DNA from: Octopus sinensis
Taxonomy: Eukaryota
Reading direction: 5' to 3'
NCBI RefSeq assembly: GCF_006345805.1
Contig: NC_042999.1
Coordinates: 10,788,001 to 10,852,000, forward strand
Length of the DNA: 64,000 nucleotides
The first letter of the stretch is position 1, and each line of letters starts with the position of its first letter. The position numbers and the translations under genes were made by a program. A model generated the notes under the pieces. It had not been told where the DNA came from and made no database searches. It saw only the letters and a program-made list of their open reading frames with translations. Of this stretch, positions 1-11,648 are shown one piece after another.

Positions 1-189
1 CACCAAGCAACAAAATCCAAAATATGAACGAGTAAATTAGTTATTAGTGACGGAAGCAGTTTTTGTAACGAATATTAATTTGCATATCCAAATTAACTTG
101 GATGTGTTGTTTTAAATGCCATACGCTATGATAATCATCTTGAGAAATTATCTCATATAAATGTTAAGTGCTAAAAAGCATAGATTATA

Positions 190-660
190 TTGGCAGAAAT
201 GGTAAGGTGCCTGTTGCTGAGGAAGCATAAATTACGCTGAACTCATGTGATACAACAGCCCCAGCTGTTGGTGCTGATGAAATTTCACCTGCCAATGAAA
301 CCTGTGCTTTTAAGCACTTAATGTCTATATGAGATGATTGCCTCAACTTACAGCAAATTAATTTGTTACAAAGGCTGTTTCAGTCACTAATTGCTAATTT
401 ATACACAGCCTGCCAGCTTTTGCCACCTAACTGATTTTTTAGCAAGGGTTAAACTATATCGATTTGACAGAATTTCTATCTGTCATTTGGCAACAGGGTA
501 CCTGTTGCCGAGCAAGTGCAAATTATATAAGAATCATGTGATGCAATAGTCCCATCTGCTGATGCTGACCAAATTTCATCCATGCTTTTTAGCGCTTAAT
601 ATCTATACAAGATAATTTCTCAGGACAATTACAGCAGCTTATGACATTTAAAGCAACAAC
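190..660. repeat. Old degenerate tandem duplication, period ~291 bp
   Basis: gtgcctgttgctgaggaagc...tcatgtgatacaacagcccc (from 207) aligns with gtacctgttgccgagcaagt...tcatgtgatgcaatagtccc (from 498), with no indels over ~80 nt. Confidence 0.7.
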
Positions 661-900
661 TCCAGGTTAATTTGGATGTGCAAATTAATATAAAGAAGTA
701 GAATAATCTTTATGGTCTTCTAGTTCCAATTAGCAGAAGGTAATTTTACAAAACTTTTTACACTAATCAATTATTAAAATGTACAAGCTACAGAGACTAA
801 GCAGAATAGATCAGCTGGTTTGTTAAAAATCATCCTTTTTTTTAAAGCAGTTCACTTGAAGTCCTCAGAAGACTACACATCCGTTTTTATACTATACACA

Positions 901-1370
901 CCATCATTGTCATCACCTTCACCATCATCACTGTTTTAATGTCTACTATTGCATGTTTACATAGATCAGACAACACCTTGTTGAGCCAGTTGCTTCCATA
1001 GCCAGACGTTTTGTCCTGATGTTAATTTTCACCTGTCTCAAAGCAAGGAAACAATATTTTTCCCATGACTGTGGAACAATGAACAACCTGGACATGCATT
1101 CACTGAGGATGATTGTAAACAGAAGACACTGTTTGTATAGATGGTGACTGTTCACAATCAGCCTGCACAGGTCAAGGAGCATAAATACTGTCTCACACAC
1201 ACACACACACACAAAATGAGCTTCTTCCAGTTTCCATCTAACAGATTTCATTGAGAAGGTCCACCTGCAATAGCAAATACCATAGCTGACAGGATGCACA
1301 CAGTGGGAATGAACCTCTAAACCAGGTGATTCTGAAGCAAACCTCTTAACCCCATAACCAAGCCTGTACC
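901..1370 (-). mobile_element. Decayed tRNA-derived SINE (head/core + (GT)n + RTE-like tail)
   Basis: Matches the reverse complement of the copies at 34870 and 45600 (cttccagtttccatctaac, agtgggaatgaacc, (CA)n spacer, (CAT)n-like tail). Confidence 0.65.
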
Positions 1371-1639
1371 TTTGATTAATTAAAACTGTCATTTATTTTG
1401 GAATCATTCATGCATGGATTTATTTGTCCCCATATTATCAGAGCTATTTTCTACCACTGCTTTTATGGATCTATTCTACTTTTGAGGCAATTTACAACAG
1501 GTCTTTTGCTTTGAGTTTCCATAAATTTTGATCCATTCACCTGATACAGTTTCTCTTTACAGTAAATTTCATTAATAAATCATTCGATGCCTGCAGAACA
1601 GCAATAATCAAAACAATGGCATACATATTAATAATTTAA

Positions 1640-2035
1640 AATACTTTCTGCCAGATTTGAACATGAATCTACAAACCATCTTTGAAGAACATCTCCTCGC
1701 TTTAGATGAAGAGTGTTTACAACACACCCCAAGTCATTGAGAAAAGGAGACTCTGAGATACTGTGGTGTTTTGACCTCATTGTGTCTCTCTTCAGTCAAA
1801 GCCACCCCCACAGAAATGAATTATTCAGTGATACATGTTGATTTCTGCCAGAATGATAATAAACCATTAGGTGCTCATAGAAGAGCAATAATCAATGTTT
1901 GCTGATTTCTATAATCAAGAGTTTAGGTTCTTTGACCTGGGGGTTAGCTTTGACTGAAGAAACACTGCATCTTAAAAAGCTCTTGATCAATAACTCAGGT
2001 ATATTGTGAACACATCATCTAGCAATATGATTAGT
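1640..2035. repeat. Unclassified old dispersed repeat, two pieces in inverted orientation
   Basis: tgtgtctctcttcagtcaaagc (minus, ~1780) and gctgatttctataatcaagag...gctttgactgaagaaacac (plus, ~1900-1970) match copies at 30.7, 31.4 and 41.6 kb. Confidence 0.6.
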
Positions 2036-2815
2036 ATATTCACATTTGAATCTGCAAAACAGTATTGAAAATGAATGGATATATAAACTTAAATCCTTAA
2101 TAATATAAAATGTTCCCCAAAATATTTCATGTTGCTAAATGCAGTAGAGAGGTTGAAGTGAAAAATAAAAGGGGACAGGTTTAAGTAGAACAAGGAAAAT
2201 AAGAGTTTGTAAGTAAAAATCAGATGTTCAATACCTAGATTAATAATTAACTGGAACCTAAATAAGAGAATAATTACTTGTACCTTTATTCAATCGTTAA
2301 AAATCATGAAGATTTAAATTCATAACTCATTCAAGAAGTGTTGCAAATAATGGTATCAATTATTAAACAACGAACTAAAACATAACCTAACATTACTGTG
2401 AAGTTCTTGTGAAGAGTTTGAGGTAAGACATGACCAAGTGATTGTTCACTGAAAGAAACATTCTGAAGAAGGAAATTAAGAATTTTTAAAAAAGTATTTC
2501 TCAATTCATTCTCAGAATTTCTCATTCTTTTAGAGAATAAATTGCATTACGTCTTTTTGATTGCTTGCCTACATTTGTGAGTGACTGTGTCACTTCCTCC
2601 TGCTTTTAAGTTCTGTTTCTTAATAAATTATATGACACTAAAATACGTCTTTTTTGTATGATGAGCTCATTATTAAAAGTTATACTTTCCCAATATATTA
2701 TATCTTTGACAGTAAATTAAAATACTTATCTATCTCTAATGCATACAGGACACTATATACATATAGTTAAAAAGGGGTTAAGAGTCCATACAAATTAAAA
2801 ATTATGGTTAAAAAA

Positions 2816-2896
2816 GGCACAAAAGTATATTTTAGAGAGCATTTAATATTTTTGTAACAAAGATATTAAACATTCTCCAAAATATACTTTTGTGCC
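2816..2896. repeat. 81-nt near-perfect palindrome/hairpin
   Basis: Two 40-nt arms around a central A; 35 Watson-Crick pairs, 2 G-U pairs, 3 mismatches (counted by hand). Confidence 0.85.
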
Positions 2897-2915
2897 TCTT
2901 CCAACTTTATTTACT

Positions 2916-2922
2916 TATATAT

Positions 2923-2957
<35 letters not shown>
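2916..2957. repeat. (TA)n microsatellite
   Basis: Direct reading. Confidence 0.95.
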
Positions 2958-2958
<1 letters not shown>

Positions 2959-4174
2959 ACCTCAATGTATTGACAGCTGTAGGCAATAAAAATAACTGCT
3001 TTAAACCATAGGCTGAAACAGCTGTAAGAAGTGATTTTAATGATTTCAATAATTTATATTATGATTTTTATAATTTGTATTCTTATCTTATATGTATTGA
3101 ATTATAAGATATATATGTATTCTATTAAGGTTCTCATTCTGTTAAATGAATAAATAATCCAACATTCTAATATCCGAAAGTTGACGAACTAAATTTATTT
3201 CTCCATTTTCTTATTTGTATTTCATATATATATATAAATTTGTTAGGCAATTTAATTTGAAATCATTTCATTCACAGAAAGCAAATTAAATGACTACATT
3301 TTATTATTATTAATATTACTATTATTATCATTAACATTCTGCTTTTAAATGAACATCTTTTATTTTGATAATACCAACTATGAAAAGCTGGCTTACTCTA
3401 TGATCTGCTACAACTTCCAGCTATCCCCCCCATCTATCTCATCGCTCCCAAACCATGACATTTCTTCATTCAGTTCTGATATATTTTTCTTATCAAATCG
3501 TCCGTACCCCACCAACTTAGAAACCAATGTTCAAATAAATCTCAGTCTGTAATCTTATCAGACACCATCAACACTATTTTAGTTATTTCCAACAAGAAAA
3601 ACTGACAAGAAGACATCATTAGGATTTTTCTTGTCTATTTTTGCTATTTTCTTTCTAACCTGTCAGCAATCAATCTCACAGGATTTTCTTTAATCTACCA
3701 TACTCGTATTCACACACTCTTCCGGTATGGTAAGTCTACTCATGGAAAACTAAAACTTAAACAAGTCAGTTCCTATATTATTAGCTGGTTTAGATAGAAG
3801 CTATTTCAAGCATGCTTTCAAATGTTAAAAATTGATTTATTTTTCACTACAATTGAAGAAATCTATAGATTTCTTTTTAGTTATAAGTAAATATATTGGT
3901 AGTTAATAAGAAAAAGAAGATGAAAAAGAATAAGAGGAAGAAGGATATGATAAACATAAAAGAAAATAAGCTGAAGACACATATGATGAAGAGGAAGAAG
4001 TATTTTAGTGGCATAAAATATTTAAAACCCGACAGCTTAACGACTTAATGGTGTCAGGACTGCAGTGAAAATCTAACTTTAAAGCAAATCTCTAAGAGAT
4101 TAGTTTATTTCAGTTTATACAAAATGTAAAATGATTTCTTCTGGCTAAATCCACTTTTACAAGACATAAGTAAT

Positions 4175-4338
4175 AGTTGATTATACCAACACCAGTATAT
4201 TACAGGTACACATTTATTGATTTTAAAAAAAGAGGCAAAGGTGGTGTTAATCATGGTAGGGTTTGAACACAGAAATACAGGCTGTCAAACTACAGCAGTT
4301 CAGCACAGAAGTGTCTATATTCTAAATCAGCTGCCATT
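4175..4338 (-). mobile_element. Decayed SINE fragment (family of 45342)
   Basis: ggtacacatttattga...ggtttgaacacagaa...ttctaaatcagctgcc resembles the reverse complement of the 45342 element. Confidence 0.45.
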
Positions 4339-4370
4339 GTAACATTCCCATTTCTAATTTGCACATCGTC

Positions 4371-4371
<1 letters not shown>

Positions 4372-4405
<34 letters not shown>

Positions 4406-4657
4406 GACAACAACAACAATCATCTCTTACACCCACTTTTCCATGCTTGCATGGTCCAGACAGAATCTTCTGAGACAGGTTTTCAATGACTGGATGCTCT
4501 TTCTGTCACCAACCTTCACTTGTTTCCAAGCAAGCTAATATTCCCCCTGGCTAGACAGGATTTTCATAGAAAACTGTAAACAAACAACATTGCTTGTATG
4601 ACAGTGCTGTTCATTTATGACCATATATGATGAGAAAACTATGAGATGTGAGCATAT

Positions 4658-4690
<33 letters not shown>

Positions 4691-4850
4691 ATGGGCTTTG
4701 TCAGTTTCTGTCCAATCAAATCTACTCATAAGGCTTTGGTCAGCATGGGGCTATCCTAGAAGACACCTACCCAAGATGCTGTGCAGTGGGACTGAACCTG
4801 AAACTGCATGACTGGCCATACCTCCACCTAACCTCATCTGCACTTCAGGC
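4372..4850 (-). mobile_element. (AAT)n/(AAC)n run plus near full-length tRNA-SINE with RTE-like tail
   Basis: ttttccatgcttgcatgg...tggatgctctttctgtcaccaacc, (CA)n spacer, ctttgtcagtttctgtccaatcaaatctactcataaggctttggtc, cagtgggactgaacc. Confidence 0.8.
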
Positions 4851-6878
4851 TTTTTTTGACTACTCCTGTCAAAAAACAACAATCGTTCCAGTGATATTCA
4901 CTAGAACACCACATTTCATCTTTCTCAAGCAACAGAAACTAAATAAAGCTGCTGCTGCTGCTACTACTACTACTACTACTAGCAGCAGCAGCAGTATGTA
5001 CTGTATACATAAAATTATGTCTTATGTTTATGAAACTGTTAATGAGAAAGTAAATTAACAGGAACCAGGTCAGAGGTAGGCTGTGAGAGAAATAAATAAA
5101 TTCCTGAGACAAAATAGCTCCTGAGGTGGGTAAAGCCTATTCTAAAACTATATTAAATAGCTAACAGCTAGCTAGAATTTATTAAGTACAAATATGTGAA
5201 GTGAACTGGAATGTGTTGTTCATGCCTCTCCCAGGGGCATTAACATATCAAGTGAAAGCATTAACCTGATATGGAAAATAGTAAATTAAGGGCGGAGAAT
5301 CAAAACTGGGTCACAGCCCCCATCCAACAAAAACTTATCATCCTACCATGTGTCTGTCACTGATAAGTGATGTTAATAATAATTTCTGAATATAGACATC
5401 TTGCCAAAGATAAATGTTTCACACACATGTCTCTATACACCTTGTGTGGTATTTTCAGGCCATGGGCCAAGAAGGAAGAAATACAAAGCTTTGTGCAGTG
5501 ATTGTTCAACAAATAAACACAGCAACGTAAGAGAAAAGTGAGAAACAACTGGAAGTTAATATATTTAGAAAAAAAAGAAAAGAAAATCATTGTAATTTCC
5601 AGAAGGGGCCATTATGAAGAGTAACAAAGAAAAGTAAGATTTTGGAATAAGCAAAGATAACATTAACTGTTTTGTTAAGCTCTGGACTCCACTGCAACAA
5701 CAACAACAACAACAAAGAAGAAGACAAACATTACAAACGCTATTGTGCTTGCAATGCGTCAAATGAGACTTCATTGAGACAAGATTATCTACGATTCCCT
5801 CCCTGGTGCCAACCCTCCATACTTCCATGCAACGGAGTAATTAATGCAGTCTATCAAACAACAAACAACCTGGACATGCTTCCATAGTGTTTGTGTGAGC
5901 AGTGAGGCTTTTCGTTTACACTCAGTGCACAACATGTCAAGACATGAAGGGGGGGGGGGAGATGGATATGCACTCATTCAAATGCATATGCCATATACAT
6001 GCATGTATGCATATACACATATCTAATATACATGTCAGGCTTCTTTCAGTTTTCATCAACTAATTTCATTAGAAAAATATTGGCCAAACCACTGCTATTG
6101 CAGACAACAGCAATTGGCAGTGTCCGTGCAACAGAATTGACCTGCTAACCACATGGCTTCAAAGTGAACTTCTTAACCACACAACTCTACCCTGCCTGTA
6201 ACTGTAGCCTTGCCTCTGCACATACACAAACATACACTGATATATGGTGTCATGTTCATGTTCATATGAGCTGCTCAAACTAAATATTTATCTTCTATGA
6301 TACAGTATGCTATTTAATTTACTCCAGTTATACCAATCAGCTTACAGAGCTTGGCTCACTTTCCTTAAAGTTTGTGAAGAGCAATGCCGTTCTCAATGCC
6401 AAATTGTTTTAACAGCAGATATCAATGAATGGTTCTATCATGGTTCTCCACACTTTTGTTTGTTTGTTTTTTTTAAAAAAAAAAGATTTATAAAAGCTGT
6501 ACATGTCTGTGTGTGCATGTTATCTTTGTTGGTGAATTTGAGCAGGTCATTTATATATTTGAAATCAAAAAAGAGATATGTTCCTTCAGTTTTATGTAAA
6601 TATACATGCATGTATGCATACATGTACATATACATACACAAAAGTATGTGTACATGTACACACACACGCACACAGTATAATCACTGTTATAATACCTCAT
6701 AGTATATTGAAATTACTATATCTACATAGAAACACTTCAAACAGCAGCAGAAAATTACCAAAGCAGATGAGGAATGAATCAGGAAGCACAGACTTTGCGT
6801 CAGTTTGAAATCATAACATACTTTAGGCCAATCTGATATATTTAGCTTTATTTATTGTTTTAATGTATCTTGCCTTAA

Positions 6879-7102
6879 CCCTTTTGTTACCAAATTTCTG
6901 TGAAATACACTGACTCTATTTCAATTAATTTTTAAAATAATGAATTTAGTAAAATAATTTTGTCATTGGCTTAACAATGTTTCAAGCATAAATTAACCCG
7001 AAATTTTGATGGAAAGTTTTAATTTAAATCACCTTATATAAAAAAAAAAAAGTTTCAATCATAGAAGCAGGGGCAGTCTCAGGCAGGCTGGTAGCAAAAG
7101 GG
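6879..7102 (+). mobile_element. piggyBac-like MITE (family 1)
   Basis: TTAA|CCCTTTTGTTACC ... GGTAGCAAAAGGG|TTAA: TTAA flanks with CCC/GGG termini. Confidence 0.85.
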
Positions 7103-7217
7103 TTAAGAAAAATACCAAAAATACCAAGAATTATAAACATGGTTTACTGAAGTAAATTGATCCCATGTAATTTTGTTTATGATAAAATGTCATTTTGAGA
7201 ATGCACCATTCATTTAC

Positions 7218-7279
7218 GTTCAGTGGATTTCAAATCTTGTCGTACAATTATGGCTTTGTGCAAATGAAATTCCGTATCA
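7218..7279 (-). CDS. Candidate internal exon (DTEFHLHKAIIVRQDLKSTE), gene unknown
   Basis: Pyrimidine tract ttccttatttgtaccttcag, 62 nt open in one frame, donor gtaaat, unique sequence. An equally sized candidate exists on the plus strand (7224-7285). Confidence 0.3.
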
Positions 7280-7460
7280 CTGAAGGTACAAATAAGGAAA
7301 TAGACCGATAATGAGGCAAAAATCCACACTATCGCTGCTGCCACCACCACAGAAATATTAAACAGTGCTGTTTGTATTTTCACTCAATTTGTATCATGCC
7401 TCAGAAACTATCACAGAGAGGAAATTCAAATTTGCTATCAAATAAACAGAATAAAAATAT

Positions 7461-7678
7461 GGCATAATGGTTAAGAGCACGGGCTACTAACCCCAAGATT
7501 CCGAGTTTGATTCCAGGCAGTGACCTGAATAATAATAGCAACATCGAAAAATACCTTAGGAATGAGAACCCAGGTTCGAAATTTCCCCAAGATACCTGAA
7601 AGTTGGAGGGTATATCAGTCGAAACGAACAAGGTGAGGACAAATACCCGTCAAATGTAAATAGCATAAATAATGTAAA
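7461..7678 (+). mobile_element. tRNA-derived SINE with a decayed hammerhead/Penelope-like 3' region
   Basis: A box TGGCATAATGG, B-box-like GAGTTTGATTCC, (AAT) linker, CCTGAA...CAGTCGAAACG, AATGTAA tail repeats. Confidence 0.8.
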
Positions 7679-10299
7679 AATGAATTCTCATATTTTGCTT
7701 TTATTTTTTTTTATAGTTATCCACTTTCTTTTACCAAATGTCATTTCTTTTAATGACTGAAAGTGTGACAAAATAAAGATCAATTCATTTTGGACCACAG
7801 AATAAATCTTTAATAAATTTTAAACAATAACATTTTTTCTTGACGTCAGCTATGCTCCTACCCACACACACATCCCACCCACTAATCAAAGAATACAATC
7901 TCAACTGTAGTTACAGACAAACGCTTCTTCTTTCCCCACAATTCATGGAGATTATCATCTTCTTTAGTTGGACCAATTAGTCAGAGAAGAGGAAACAACT
8001 GTTGTGGATCACTTCAACAATTTCGGTGTTTCTAGTAATCCAACTAGCAATCAATTGTTCATCTAAAATGAATTCTAGGGCAATGTTTTCCAACATGAAT
8101 TTCAAAGAGCATGAACGTTCCAGCAATACCTTAAAAGAAAACTAATTGCTGCCATTCTGGTGTTCTTAAAAAAAAAAGAAAAGAAGTGGGGGACATAAAA
8201 TGTTTTAAACACTGCAATGTTTAAAAATAATTACTTATAATTCTCATAAAAATTAATTTCCAAATGAAATAATCTGTCCTGCTCTGTCTTTTTAAAAGAC
8301 ATCTGCTCCACGAGAAACCCCTGAATATCTACAGCCAATGACCAGGCAATCAGTTGCAATTTACTTTGCTAGTAAAATAATACAGAGCATAGAAAAGGGG
8401 ATGTTTGATGATGATGAGAATGCTTAAGTTCCCTACAGCTCATCAGAATTGGCTAAAAGTGGGGACAGGAAGCAGCAACAATTCAATTAAAGAAAGGCAA
8501 CGATGAGAGTCAAGAGTACACAAAGTAAACACAAAACAATAGAAAAATGAACAGAAAAGGGACCGTAATAGGACTCACGTTTCTAAATTTCCTAACTCCA
8601 TGTAAAATTCACTTGGATCATTGCATAATTTGTTACCCTAACTTTTCTGAAACACCACAAAATCATTTTTTGTGTATTCAGACCCCATCTCATATTCTTC
8701 TACTTTAGTTAAACACAAATCTTCCCTTCTACTTAAAGATGTGTTTGGACTATAAATGTCTTTCTCGAGAACAAAACCCTTAAAAAATATACATATAATA
8801 CAGCCCGAAAGATATGAGCTGCTTCTCAGACTTAATTCTTAGCACACTTGAATGTATTTCTCAGGTTCTCATTGAAAGAAGCATATGAAAGAAACACCAA
8901 TTTCCTGTACAAAATCAAACACAATATATCAAAATGAAGTCGGCAGATAAAACGTAAATTCCGTTACAGTTTCTGTAAAACCTAATATCATATCTAATGA
9001 CTGACATGTAATGCCACCAATTTGAAATGTGCAGAGAAGTTGTCAGTTGACGAACTTTGAATAATGTATCAGAAATAGCACAATGTGTTACAGGTGTAAA
9101 ACATATAACCAAACGGAAGCCAGGTATGTTGTACCAAAATGAAATAACAAGCATTAAATTGATAATGACAATGTGTTTCCCAGTATATCTCTCTAAACGG
9201 CTTTCTTGTTTACGGCAATACAGCCTAGTTTCTGACATGTGCGTACAAACAAGTGTGTGTGTGTGTGTAAAAAAATATATAGCAATTCTAGAATGCCAAA
9301 GGAAGATTAATAAAAGAACACATTCAATTCTTATGTAATCTAAAGTTGAAAGACAACTGACAAGTCAGAACTTTCCAGTATGAAGATGATGTTACTGAAT
9401 TTCTCTCTGCCTTTTTTTCTTTCTTAATTTATTTATTTATTAGATAAAATAACTTCTTACTTTCACTGGAAAGATTTATAGTAATTTGAACATACACACA
9501 CACACACACACACACAAAAGAAAAAAACCCTTCAGTTTAGTTGCTTTTTATCAATTAATAGAAAATAGAATAGGAAACAGCTGTATGATGTATGGAGAGG
9601 ATTATCTTGCTGATGATATCACTGAAAGGTAACAAATGGGGAAGAAGAACAGGTATCAAATGAACAGTACAAGACATAATGAACAAGGAGTTGGCATAAC
9701 CGAATCCATATGCCAGACTTCAATCTGATGTTTGTTTAGACATGGAATCATTTTAACATGGAATAAAGATAAACTAAGCAAAGTTGATAATCTCTCAAAA
9801 AAAGCGAAGCATAAACAAACACCAAACTGATTAGAAATTAGAATGTATTCCTGGATCATCAAATTTCTACAAATAACCAATCAAAACACAAAGAACTATA
9901 ATCACACATGTATATGTGTCAAAACATGTATTTATACAATGTGTGTGTGTGTGAAAAATGAAGATAACCACAAGTTTATACTCTTAGTTCCTACAAATGC
10001 TTCACCATTATAGTTGCCTGGAACCCTGCACTGGGAGTTCCAAGTACATTTGGATGCTTAACCAGAATGGATCATCAGGGAACACTTTATTGCATTGTGT
10101 TATGAAGAACTAATATCAAGAGTAGGAAAGATGGTGAGGCATTTTGTAAGTATTCTGAGGGGGGAAATAGAAGAAAAACAATTGGTTGAGAAGAAGAAAC
10201 CAGAGGGAGAGAGGAGGAGAGCAAAAGAAAGGCAAAAGACGGAGAATAAAGAAACAAAAAGAGATAGAAATGAAGAAAGAATTGGAGAGGAAACTTGGA

Positions 10300-10558
10300 A
10301 AGGGTGTGGCTGTGAGGTTGTTTCCTAACCACATGGTTTTGGTTTCAGTCATTGTATGGTACTGTGGCCAAATATCTTCTATTATAGCCCTGGGTTGATC
10401 AGAGCCGTGTGAGTGGATTTGATAGACAGAAATGAAGGAAGACTGTCATATGTGTGTATAGATGTGTGTGGGTGTGGGTGTGTACGTTTGTGGCCCCTTG
10501 TCTTCAATAAAACTGTTTGACTCTCGCAAGCATGGAAAAGTGGATGTTATGGTGATGT
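10300..10558 (+). mobile_element. Decayed tRNA-SINE (head/core + (GT)n + RTE-like tail)
   Basis: gtggctgtg...aaccacatggttttggtttcagtc...gtgagtggatttgatagacagaaa...gcaagcatggaaaagtggatgtta. Confidence 0.7.
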
Positions 10559-10716
10559 GCATGGATACACACACACACATACACACCTTTAAAAATATCT
10601 TCTAAACACCCACACATACTCACACATTTATATGCACAGGGGTACAGCTCCAACACCCTTCCTTCACACATACACACACTCATCTTATTATACACATAAA
10701 CTCTCTTTTTCTTTTT

Positions 10717-10721
<5 letters not shown>

Positions 10722-10753
<32 letters not shown>
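10722..10753. repeat. (CT)n microsatellite
   Basis: Direct reading. Confidence 0.95.
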
Positions 10754-10758
<5 letters not shown>

Positions 10759-10999
10759 AACATACTGGAAACATGACTAAAAATCAAGAAAGTGTGTGCA
10801 AAGGTGGATAAGTTTAATATTCTAAAACACAGCTACGTTTCCATGATGTTCCCTGCCACCATCAAATATAAAAGGTCTTACACGTTACATCAAAAAGGTA
10901 TGTAAAACAAAAAAGGTTATTTGCAAACAGAAAAGAAATTATATTACTGCTATAAGTGAATAGCAGCCAAAACTCCTCACATTCATAGGAGTAGTGTGT

Positions 11000-11340
11000 G
11001 TAAAGGTAAAGACCCCCTTCGGTCATGAATGACCATGGGATTGCACCTAGAAAGTTACCCTCCTAGACACAAGTCCGGGCAAGGTTGTTTATGGAAGGCC
11101 AGCAGTCGCCCATGCATACCAGCCTCCCCTCTCCACGCCACCAGTGTTATCCAAGGGAAAGACAAAGGTCGATACAGCTTGGCACCTGTGACGTCGCAAC
11201 TCATTTCTACAGCTGAGTGAACTGGAGCAACGTGAAATAAAGTGCCTTGCTCGAGAACACAACACGCAGCCCGGTCCGGGATTCGAGCTCACAACCTCAC
11301 GATCGTAAGCTCGATGCTCTAACCACTGAGCCATGGGTGC
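11000..11340 (-). mobile_element. Full-length, CpG-rich (young) tRNA-derived SINE with Meta/V-like central domain
   Basis: Minus strand GCACCCATGGCTCAGTGGTTAGAGC...GCTCGAATCCC, central tgtgttctcgagcaaggcactttatttcacgttgctccagttcactcagctgtagaaatgagt, (CTTTAC)-like tail; second copy at 19848. Confidence 0.9.
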
Positions 11341-11648
11341 ATTTAAATGGTAGTAATACAACCTCTTAAAATAGTTATACTACCAGAGGTCTCTCTCTGC
11401 ATGTGTAGAGTGTTGTTATTGTTACTATGAGAGGGGGAGGAAGGGGAGAGAGAAAGAGAGAGAGAGGGCAACAAAATTGATGGGATTGGCTTTATGTCTT
11501 TATGATTTTGACTCTTTGGATTGTAAGGGGTTTGGTATGAAAGTATTACAAATACAGGGTGAGATGGGTAAATTGTCACCATTTTATATTTTTAATTTCA
11601 CACATGTGCATTGTTTTTGTTTTTGTATTTGTCAACTACACAGTATTG

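Noticed and set aside
8579-8646. Minus-strand exon candidate (GNKLCNDPSEFYMELGNLET) with a GTGAGT donor, phase-compatible with 7279
   Set aside because: From the natural acceptor (tttcag) all three frames contain a stop. It would need a weak downstream AG or UAG-to-UGG editing, for which there is no evidence here.
5460-9122. Plus-strand exon chain 5460/7224/9093 with compatible phases
   Set aside because: Phase agreement has about a 1-in-3 chance per junction and the joined peptide is not recognisable.
11265-11340. tRNA gene
   Set aside because: A/B boxes are present but the acceptor and T stems do not pair, and the sequence runs into a SINE body; the same holds for the heads at 7461, 30976, 44327 and 45342.
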